Source of the DNA: Craspedostauros australis
Taxonomy: Eukaryota
Assembly (NCBI GenBank): GCA_030167865.1
Contig: JALAGF010002776.1
Coordinates: forward strand, 1-50,414
Direction of reading: 5' to 3'
Length of the DNA: 50,414 bases
A program made the position numbers and the translations under genes. The notes beneath the pieces were generated by a model, which ran no database searches, was not told the origin of the DNA, and saw only the letters and a list, made by a program, of their open reading frames with translations. Each line of letters starts with the position of its first letter. Within the stretch, counting starts at the first letter, position 1. Shown here piece after piece: positions 21,737 to 31,207 of the stretch.

Positions 21737-22133
21737 GGCTCCAATTGCGCTTCGGAGCAAGGCACTTGTAGCTCGTGGAGTATACAGGAGTCAGAGCAAG
21801 CAGCGATAAGGGAATGGTACCGTACCTGGACCATCCCCAAGACGATCGTCTGGAGAGAAAGAGAGTATTCTTGGCTGTAGCTGGGACAGCGGATGTGACG
21901 TCGCCCAGTGTCGTTGCAACATAGCGCTCTGCTTTGATGCTGTCAGGCAAAACACGTACACTCTGCTCAATGCTCTGTTCTCGCCTTCCGACATGATGAA
22001 CACAGTGGAATATTGGACACATCTGGTCTAAAGGTTGCCATACTCTGGAGAGTCCTCAATCATGACTATGCTCTGCCCCACTCTACATACAAATGATTTT
22101 CTCCATCACGGGATTGTACGAACGGGTGCTATT

Positions 22134-23096
22134 TCATGACACGATGCCACTGAGGGACGTTGAGAAAGACATGGTTCCCTTCGGGCAGGTTGCGGTGAAG
22201 TTCCTCCCACCGCTTTGACGCAGACTGATGTTGGTGGGTTTCAATTTCTCGTACCAATCCGAGGCCGCGTGTTGTGTTCGCGAGAACACAAAGGCGACGG
22301 AGCATTCTTGAAGAAGAAGCTGCATCTGTCTCATGACCTCCGCTCGTGTCGCCGCATTGCTCTCCTCCGACAAGAACCCATCCCACACCACCAACGTCGG
22401 CGGATTGGTCGCGGAGTCATTGGATGGCAGCGAAGTTCGACACGCCTCGAGTATCGGCACCCATTCCGACAGCGCATTGGCACGCACGATGTGTATTCTG
22501 GATGAGCACCATTCCAGATCCGCGCGAGTGTTGCCGCTTGTGCCGTTGGCTCCCCGCGACAGCATCTTGCCAAGGATCACCGACATCTTTTGCGCCGAGA
22601 CATCGTACGTGCTGTCGAGGAACAGGACATGTGGTTGCAGTGCAGTCGGAGCTCCGCCCTCTTCTTCGCCGCCATCGTCGTCATCATCATGCCCGAGAGT
22701 TGACGACTCTGGTGGTGCTGTTGCTGCGGTTGCTGCTGTCGCTGTCGCTGCTTTGGAGGTGTGCCCTTCGAATTTGGATGTGCAAGTTGCCACGACAAAT
22801 CGCGACGCCAGCGTCATCAGGAACCATGTCTTTGCACTATCCCCGTTGAGGGATATGACGGGAACGCTGTCGCTCCCACCCTCACGATCATTGCCCTGGC
22901 CACTCGCCCAGATGGCATCAACGACCTGGATGCCGGATTTGCCGCGGATGAAGCGCCACGCCGCACGCGCAACAGGGCTGGTTCTACTCTCTTCCTCGTC
23001 TTCGATCTGCTTCTGCCTTGTTCGCCGAAGCCACTGCGATGCGTCTTCCTTCAACGTTCTCGCCGCACCATGTCGACTTTGGTGGCCTTGGATCAT
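22134..23096 (-). CDS. XRCC2: RAD51 paralogue, XRCC2-like (RecA fold, degenerate Walker A)
   Basis: 320-aa ORF with N-terminal E.ASQWLRR, SGIQVVD, VISLNGDSAKTWFLMTLASRFVV (P-loop position), HVLFLDSTYD, WCSSRIHIVRA and LVVWDG (Walker B). The motif order matches XRCC2. Confidence 0.55.
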   Translation of the reverse strand: MIQGHQSRHGAARTLKEDASQWLRRTRQKQIEDEEESRTSPVARAAWRFIRGKSGIQVVDAIWASGQGNDREGGSDSVPVISLNGDSAKTWFLMTLASRFVVATCTSKFEGHTSKAATATAATAATAPPESSTLGHDDDDDGGEEEGGAPTALQPHVLFLDSTYDVSAQKMSVILGKMLSRGANGTSGNTRADLEWCSSRIHIVRANALSEWVPILEACRTSLPSNDSATNPPTLVVWDGFLSEESNAATRAEVMRQMQLLLQECSVAFVFSRTQHAASDWYEKLKPTNISLRQSGGRNFTATCPKGTMSFSTSLSGIVS

Positions 23097-23781
23097 GATT
23101 GCTGTTATTACCGTTGCCGTTATTGTTTGCTTCTGGTTGCTCTCTGTTGTGGACGATGAGAAGAAACCAATCCAGGCCAGACCAGATCAAATCACTCCTT
23201 GCTTTGTGGTGGAGTGAAGTTTGTCTCCATCAGCGCTCCTGTTTTTGCTTGATTCATCCCTCTCCTGTGCGCGTTCGTTGTCTCCCCCACGAATCGTCCG
23301 CAAAAGATACCACCAACAGAGAATGCGTCGGTGGTACTTTGCAATCTGTTGTGGTATCTCACACTCCAGTCGTGACACGTTTGATGATCTGTCCATTGAT
23401 CCATCGACCCGTCACACGTTTCTGGTCAACCAACCACGACCAAGACCTTCAACCAACCATCAAGACAACCACAACGACGCAACATGGAACCACGTTTGCG
23501 ACTCCACGAAGATCATCGTCGAGCATCCCAGAGGAAACAAGAACAGACCAGGGCGGCGCAAAAGACAGGAGCAAAGGATCCAGAAACAGGGTACGAGTGG
23601 GGGAGTCGCACCAGATTGATCCCTCCATCATTCCCCCCACAATTCATCAATTGATCGATCGGAAGACCATCAACAACGAAGCTCCCGGACGGATCCGAGC
23701 ATCTCACGGCGTGATTGACCTCCTTCCTTCCTTCCTTCTTCCCTCCATTCGATTTGGTTTGGTTTGATTTGATTTGGAACC

Positions 23782-25297
23782 ATGCTGTATTCGATGGCAA
23801 AGATGCGCGCAGCCGGGACCTTCGCAACAATGGCCACAACCACGATGGCGATACCGGTTGGAACCGCAAACAGGGCTCACCGGATGGCCAGACGGTCACC
23901 TCTGGGCTTTGTCCCACAACACGCGGTGCGCAACCTTTCATGCGGCACGCTCGGGAACAATAGCGGTCTTTTCCGTCGGGGTATCATTGCATCCAACGCT
24001 TCCAACAACGACAACAGCAACGGAAGAATCAACGTGCACGAACGTGGTGGAATCTTAATGACCGGCACAGCCGCCGCTGCTGCCACTGCCAAGACATCGC
24101 AGCAATCTAGGATGGCCCATTCGAAAGTATCTGCGCTGTCTCTCACGTCCAAGAAACGGAAGGGCAACAAAATCACCATGATCACAGCGTACGATTACCC
24201 ATCCGCCATCCATGTTGCCCGGGCCGGGGTAGACATGGTGCTAGTGGGCGATTCTGTTGCGATGGTAGAGCTAGGCCATGAAACGACGCAGCAGATGAGC
24301 ATGGAGACGATGCTCCATCATTGCCAGTCCGTCAAGCGCGGTCTGGAGGTGACCAAGAGTGGGTCCATGCTGATTGGCGACATGCCGTTCGGCACGTACG
24401 AATTCAATGACAGGGACATCGCCTTGCGCAATGCCTTCCAGTTCATCAAGGAAGCGAGTTGCGACGCTGTGAAGATCGAAGGCGGAAGCAAGGATCGAGC
24501 ACTGACGGCGAAGACGATTGTGGAAGGAGGAGGTGAGTAGTTCGATCCGATCGTTCGTCCAGTCTTCACCACGTGTTAGCGAATTATTCCTTCCACATGT
24601 GTTTCCATTTACTTATCCTCGCGCTTGTATTCACGCTTCTCCTTCACATTCGCGACATGATTCTATCGTCCTCATCAATGCCAAACACACAATCGACGCA
24701 CACGATCGCATGCTCATGGTAACGCTCATAACAGTCGCCGTGATGGGGCACATCGGTCTCACTCCTCAGGCCATCAGCGTGATCGGGGGGTTCCGGGCAC
24801 AAGGACGCACCGCGATTCGCGCCAGAGAATTGGTGGACGAGGCATTGCGGCTGCAGGATGCTGGGTGCTTTGCGATCGTAATCGAATGTGTCCCAGACAA
24901 CGTCGCCAAGGCCATCACGGAGAGTCTGGAGATTCCCACGATCGGGATTGGCGCTGGCGGGCATACCTCCGGACAGGTGCTGGTGTTCCACGACATGCTC
25001 GGGATGCTGAGCCATCCTCATCACGAGCAATTCGTACCGAAGTTTTGCAAAAAGTACGCCCAGGTTGGTCACATCATCCAGGAAGGGCTGACCGAGTTCA
25101 TCGCGGACGTGAAGTCCGGCGAATTCCCCGGAGAGCAGTATGCACCTTACAGCATGAATGAAACGGAGCAGGCCATGTTCCAACAGCTGCTGCGGAATGA
25201 TGCCGCCAAGCGGCAAAGGGATCACCAAAAGGCGTCGGAACGGTTGAAGCAGACAGATGAATACGAAACGTTGCACCTGTACGGTAAGAAGTCGTAG
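23782..25297 (+). CDS. panB: 3-methyl-2-oxobutanoate (ketopantoate) hydroxymethyltransferase, probably mitochondrial, 2 exons
   Basis: Exons 23782/23797-24532 and 24735-25297 (phase-1 intron GTGAGT...ACAG). Motifs: KITMITAYDYPSA, VLVGDS, IGDMPFGTY, AVKIEGG, VMGHIGLTPQ, IPTIGIGAG..TSGQVLVFHDMLG, PKFCKKY. Arg/Ala/Thr-rich N-terminal presequence. Confidence 0.97.
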
Positions 25298-25835
25298 GAG
25301 AACACAGACAGAACGAGACAGATGCTTGATTTGGAAATGTGCGAGTAGGTCGTCAACATGTTAGTGCTCGTTCCGGTGGTGCTAATGATACAAACGAATC
25401 TACGTGGAGTTCTGTATCTTGGGTGCTGGTGGCACCGGGATGGAAACGAACGGCGCGCGGCACAAACGAAGTGTCATAATGTCTCATGAATCGAAATGTT
25501 TATGTTACTCCGGAATTCATTTATTGATTGAAAAGGTTTGCACGGACAACGGAGAGGTTCCCTTCCACCGGTGTCCGAGGAGCGCAGCGATGTTGCTGCC
25601 TTGAGCAGGAATCGTGCGAGTGTTGTTGTTGTTTACGTGCTATGATAACAGTTGTTGTTGATACTGCTGCACCTGCCTCGACGAAGACATTGGGTGATGC
25701 AGACGATCACAATGTGCCCTCCCACTTTCCCAGCCAGGTAGGGATCAGGATTCGGCGATCGCTGGCGGAACGAGAAACTCAGTTAGATTCTATCTGGCCA
25801 GAGAGATGCAGGTGTGACGACGATGGGGAAGGGGT

Positions 25836-27007
25836 TTAGTTGTTCTCCTTCTTGTAAGCGATGACCTGCTCGATACCGACAGCGGACTGGACAGTCACAA
25901 TGACACTGTTCTCGCCACCGTTCCATGCCTCGCGGATCTCGTCGGCCATGGTTTCTGGGTAAGTTGGGAGGTTGAGGTCGGTCTTTTGGTTGCCGCCCTC
26001 GTCCATGAGAGTGAGCTCGTCTCCCTCAATGTCGATGATCTCCCAGTCAGCACGGACGACGACTGGAACGGTAGTTCCGTGGGTGGATGGGACCATATCT
26101 TCCAGCTTCTTTCCGGTGAAGATGTCGGTGGCGAGGAAGTTGCACTTGGCGTGACCGTGCTTTCCGGTCTTGGAGACAGAGATAGAGAGGACCTTGCATG
26201 GCTTTCCCTTGATCATAATGAATCTGCACGCGATCCGAACGTTGCGACGATGTTAACATGGTTGCGTGCCCGTTTTTGTTTGTGCACACGGTCCATAGCC
26301 AATGACAATGAGCAGAATTTACGGAGAGGGTGTACCGTCCGAACAGCAAATTGGGGAGGAGAAAGCGTGAGTTTTGTGACTGCGATGATGACACGCGACA
26401 CTTCGACCGCGGGTATCGCAAAATTCTGCCATCGCTTGGGTAGCCAATGCTCGCCACCCGTGCTCGTTGGTGTCGACGTTTGCGGCAATGAAATGCATTC
26501 TGTTCGTCGGAGACATCCGATGAGCCCGCCCTTCATGTCGGCGCATTCAGCCGCTCGCGTGTCGCCATGCAAATGCCTGTGCGTTGTTGACCACAAGTTC
26601 GACCAGGCCAAGTGCAGGAGGGAGGGACCTTGCGATGCTGCGGTCAGCTTCCGATTCTGCACTTGTTGCGTGTGTTGGTGTTCGTGCGTCGATTGTGATT
26701 GTTTTTATCTGATGGTGGAGCAGCAGCATGCGTGTGCTTGCGGTGTGTTCATACTTTGCCGTTCTTCTGCTGCACCATCAGATAAAAGCATGGCAAGTCG
26801 ACGGGACGAATGAAGGACGGCGGATCGCAAGTACCCAGAAAACACAGCAACGCGCAGGAAAACCCCGTCAGGCGGATGGAATCCAAAATGAAGCGGAGAT
26901 GTGTCGATGCAAACGTACCCTCCCTTCTTGATCTGTCCGGCCTCCATTGGGATGGTGGCGGAAGCACCGGCATCGGTGGTCTCAATTTGGTAATCGTCGT
27001 CGGACAT
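25836..27007 (-). CDS. eIF5A: Eukaryotic translation factor 5A, 2 exons
   Basis: Exons 27007-26919 and 26223-25836 (phase-2 intron GTACGT...TGCAG). Sequence MSDDDYQIETTDAGASATIPMEAGQIKKGG-FIMIKGKPCKV, with the hypusine motif SKTGKHGHAK. Confidence 0.97.
26703..26787. repeat. Inverted repeat (21-bp arms, 1 mismatch) in the eIF5A intron
   Basis: TTTTATCTGATGGTGGAGCAG (26703-26723) pairs with CTGCTGCACCATCAGATAAAA (26767-26787). The outer 15 bp are perfect. Confidence 0.9.
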
Positions 27008-27982
27008 GATGGAAGTGCTTGAGTATTTATCTTCGTCTTCTTCTTCGAATTGTGGCTGTGCTGGAGGCAAAGCGGGTTGTGGTCGGCTTTGCTTCGTTGC
27101 TCTTGTTTTGCTGCTCTTGTTTGGTCGGTCGACTGGCTGCGTTTCGCATCCAACGTCTGTGCTTGCGCTGGCGTTTTTGGTCTTTTCGTCTTCCTTCTTT
27201 GTCTCCGTCACGTTTCGTGGTTGCTGTTGTTCTTCGTGTTGCCGCCAAAACTTCCTCTCCCCTCCTGTTTGTTTCTTGTTGCGTACGGCCAAAAGCCATG
27301 TCTGTCACGAATCAGTACGGAGTGCTCCGCAACAAACAACGTGTCGCATGTGTGTGTTCTTGCGCGCGAGACGAGGTGTGCGGTGCACGAACGTTGGCAC
27401 GGCATGTCTGGCCGTCAACAGTATCACTCGCGATTTCCGCGTTTCGTGTGCCAACGAAAACGTCTTTGGGTGAGAACATGGCAGGACACAAACTCCTGGT
27501 GCGCCAGCATTGGTTGGATGGTGTTGATTCTCCGCACAACCGACACGCAGATTCGTTCCGTTTTTCCATGACTCATGACCTATTATAAATATACACTGCA
27601 TAAGGTATCTTTGATCTAGCTCAATACTCAGCGTATCAATGATGTACAAGTGGAATACCACGCGAAAGCAACTCCAACAAGGACCAACCAAATCTGTGCG
27701 TGTTGAAGCCCCTTTCCCTCAGGAGGGCAAGCGCTCTGGCTGTTGTGCCACCTGGCTCGTACGATCTACTCGCACCATCGTGCTCCAGAGAATCCTCGAG
27801 AGCGCTCTCGTGTTCGTGCTCGTGCTCGTTGTTTGGATGACCTCACCTGCCACAAACACAAGATGGGATTCATGCCAAGGACACGAGCACCGCCCACTCG
27901 AAGTGTCTCCCTCCTCACCACAAGAGCGGAACTGATCTGATCTGAGCTGGCTGGAAGAAGGCCTCGTTCTGCGCGATCCACG

Positions 27983-28261
27983 ATGCCGTTCTACGAGGAG
28001 ATCGAGATCGAGGACATGACGTACGATGCTGAGGAGATGCTGTATTGGTATCCGTGCCCGTGCGGAGACAAGTTCAAGATTCCCCTGGAGGAGCTGTGGG
28101 ATGGCGAAGATGTCGCCGACTGCCAATCGTGCACCCTCTTCGTTCGAGTCGTATACGAGAAGTCCGATCTGCAGCCTCTGCCAGAAGGATTCACTGTGGA
28201 GGAGGTTGATGAAGGTGGCACAGACGACAAAGATCAGGACGGCACTTCCTCCGGTGATTGA
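27983..28261 (+). CDS. DPH3: Diphthamide biosynthesis protein 3 (CSL zinc finger, Kti11)
   Basis: YEEIEIEDM.YD....YWYPCPCGDKFKI.LEEL.DGEDVADCQSCTLFVRVVY. Confidence 0.95.
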   Translation: MPFYEEIEIEDMTYDAEEMLYWYPCPCGDKFKIPLEELWDGEDVADCQSCTLFVRVVYEKSDLQPLPEGFTVEEVDEGGTDDKDQDGTSSGD

Positions 28262-29132
28262 TACAGCGATCCCCGAAGACTGAGACAGCGACGAGTCCTG
28301 CTACTTCGTAGTTCCATCAGATCGATGCGTCGCCGTAGTCGCACGTGCAATTGTAGTTGTGGTCATCAGACAGAGCATGCTCTGCTCTGCAACATTCTGA
28401 CACCAAGCTTGGTAAGTTGACGAGCAAGACAATACTGTGGCTTCCTTCCTTGTGAATGATTTTTATTATGACACCAACCAATCAACCAACAATTGGTACC
28501 CCACGAGTGCAAGTACCAAACATGCCAGACCAGCTAACCGGGGAGAATTCAACTGACTCTCCTTGGTCCGTTCATTTCTGGCAACAGCGAACATTCCACC
28601 CTAAAACGCCATCGGACGACGCGGCGCTCATCAACCGTGCAAGGTGGCAATGGTCTTGGCAAGGTGGAGAGAACGCTAAAATGGCGATCTCGCTCTCATC
28701 CCACCCATACAATGCCGAGGCCTGCGTGGAACAAACATACGAATGTAGAGCAGAGCAATCACAGACATGCTCCTCTTGACACCACTGCTCCGAATGTACC
28801 AATAGAGCAGAGTAGAGCAGAGTAGCTACAAGTCCTGCGCATCATCGCAGCTCCATTCAGCTCAACTCACATCATCGCTTTTGCCACTGCTCCTGTTCTG
28901 TCTTGTGCCAGCACTCTACTCTATCACGCTGAACTCTCATTGAAACCTTTCGCTTCTTGTTGGGCATTCCTGACACCTTCCGATTGCGACGACGGTTGCT
29001 TTTGGCATACACATCCTGATGCTGTCGATTATTACATGATATATCTTTCGGGTACGAAGGCAGCAATCCCATGGCCAAAGCACTGCTTTCTCAGCTGGGC
29101 ACCTCGGGACCATCGGTCGCAACCACCACTCT

Positions 29133-30839
29133 CTAGGAGTTCATGGTGAAATTGAAGCGAGACTCCATGCTTACTGCAGGTTTGTTGCGGCGCCGGTACC
29201 GTGGATTGAACCGTTTGCGTCCAAACGTGTGCATCTTGGTGCTCTCACGATTGTCCTTCAAAGGATTGTTCAGAAACTCCAGCACATGCTCAAACTCCTT
29301 CGGCCGTTCGACGTCAGGGAGATGGACAAGGAGCTTGTGCTGAACGAGGTACTCAAAGCTCAATTCGCCTGCCGCAAATGATGTCGATTGGTTGTGCGAC
29401 AAGGAGTAGTGTGGTGTTGTGGGATCATCACGGAACAACCACGACTCCGAACTTTGATGACATGACATGCTCGTGCCATCCGTGGAGACTTCGCAAAACT
29501 CCGGATGACCATCCTCGGCTGTCGTCGTTCCTGTTGCTGCCGCTGCTGACAAGTCTGCACGCTGGAATACCAGCGACAACGGGAGGCTCTGAGTAAAAGC
29601 CGAATGGCGTGCTGCGATGACGACATCCGTATGGCCCAGGATGATCATGTCAGACAGCATGGCCTGCCAACCCTTCAGACACTTCTGCCCAGCACCCTTC
29701 CATGCCGTGAAGCTCACGCCCTGATCGGCCTCCACTCTGATTTGCGGGAACAAGATCACTGGCACCTGAGCCTTGTCTTTGAGCTGCTGCTTCACGGCCG
29801 CTATTCTCGCCGGCGCATCTGTAGCGAGAAAAACGACGACTGACTTGCGTGATGACTTTTGCGATTGATCACCGGCAGTCGTGCTCATGTCAGTGCGTCG
29901 GTTGCGTATCATGCTGGCGATCAGACTGGTTAAATTAGCAACAAATTCGGTTTCATTCGCGATCTGCCTACCCGCCTCTTGAAAGTGATCTTGCTCTCCG
30001 TTGCCAAGACGCAGATGCAGCCCGATCACCACGTGATTGCGAAACCCGTTCTCTTCCATGAAGTCATCGATGGAGTCGCGGAATCGAAACATCGTCTCGA
30101 TCCTTCGATAGAAGGCAGCATCCGATCGCAGCTTGCTCCCAAAGGGACCATCTCTGGTGGATTTGTATGTCGCATTCAACGGAACACCGAAATCCTTCAG
30201 GCTCTGGCCTGGAACGTAACCGTACACATCGTTGCGCACACGAACCTGCTTTTCGATATCATCCCTGTGATTGCGCCTCCCGTGCTGCCCCTGCCCATCA
30301 GCACGAGCCGCGTCATGAAGCGGTCTCTCCCTCATGCTAATACTACCCGAAGTACTGCCCAAGCTGGGTTGGGGAAGGTCCCATTCGCTGGTCTCGAAGA
30401 GATACTCGAAGATGTCAGGCCCCGTGGCGTGGTCCTCCCCGCACGTCCCCCATCTGAACTTGACCGTCGTCATACCGAGCGCTTGCCCGAGATGCCAGGC
30501 CGAACTTGCTCGCAGCAGACGGTGACCCAACCCGTAGATGCCGACATGGATGAGGCGACTCTTGTCTCTTCTGACGGGCATTCCATCGGCATCCAAGCCT
30601 TGACTTCCAGCACTTGTCTCGCCATCCGTTCGTGCAGTCCACCCATCGACTTCTGGTTCCGCCCCTGCTTTTGGTGCTGTCGCCGCCAGGAGAGAAGACT
30701 CAGCATCAAAACCATGACCATCACTTTCGTCTTCAGACTGTGCCAGGATTGTCCGCAACAGAGATATGCTTGTCTGGGTTGACACAACGCAGAGTGTTGT
30801 CAGCATCAACAACAGCGGCACATTACGGCGCCGTCCCAT
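29133..30839 (-). CDS. Type II membrane fucosyltransferase-like glycosyltransferase (GT23/NodZ-like fold)
   Basis: 568-aa ORF with a short basic N-terminus plus hydrophobic anchor. Motifs YGLGHRL, VIGLHLRLGN (motif I, HxR), VFLATD (motif II) and DMIILGHTDVVIAARHSAFT (motif III). Confidence 0.7.
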   Translation of the reverse strand: MGRRRNVPLLLMLTTLCVVSTQTSISLLRTILAQSEDESDGHGFDAESSLLAATAPKAGAEPEVDGWTARTDGETSAGSQGLDADGMPVRRDKSRLIHVGIYGLGHRLLRASSAWHLGQALGMTTVKFRWGTCGEDHATGPDIFEYLFETSEWDLPQPSLGSTSGSISMRERPLHDAARADGQGQHGRRNHRDDIEKQVRVRNDVYGYVPGQSLKDFGVPLNATYKSTRDGPFGSKLRSDAAFYRRIETMFRFRDSIDDFMEENGFRNHVVIGLHLRLGNGEQDHFQEAGRQIANETEFVANLTSLIASMIRNRRTDMSTTAGDQSQKSSRKSVVVFLATDAPARIAAVKQQLKDKAQVPVILFPQIRVEADQGVSFTAWKGAGQKCLKGWQAMLSDMIILGHTDVVIAARHSAFTQSLPLSLVFQRADLSAAAATGTTTAEDGHPEFCEVSTDGTSMSCHQSSESWLFRDDPTTPHYSLSHNQSTSFAAGELSFEYLVQHKLLVHLPDVERPKEFEHVLEFLNNPLKDNRESTKMHTFGRKRFNPRYRRRNKPAVSMESRFNFTMNS

Positions 30840-31207
30840 GATGGGGTATCACCACATGCTCTGTTCGTAGAGTGGGCGAACATCGACAACAACGTATTCG
30901 ACGACAGCGACAACAACGACAACGACAACAACAGCGAAGGCACCATCGTCGCTCTTCGTTGCGCCAAGACACGCCACGGACTTTTTGTGGAGGGAATTCA
31001 TGCCAAATTCTCCAACCGGGAACCACAACACAACGTGACTCGATCGAGCACTTCCAAACCAAACCATCTCCTGCAAGCAGGTACTGCGTTGCTAGCTCGT
31101 GTGGTGGACAAGCGACAGCCACTGACCAATACGTAATGGCTACACTATTACATTCACCAGAATGATACCAATCAACACTATTGTATTCTATTATACTACA
31201 TTCTTGT

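Noticed and set aside
26224-26918. TPP riboswitch in the eIF5A intron
   Set aside because: Conserved aptamer elements (CUGAGA and the ACCUGAU/UAAU...GCG.AGG block) not found
28371-28384. Perfect 14-bp palindrome CAGAGCATGCTCTG after DPH3
   Set aside because: One such palindrome is expected by chance in 50 kb, and there is no supporting context
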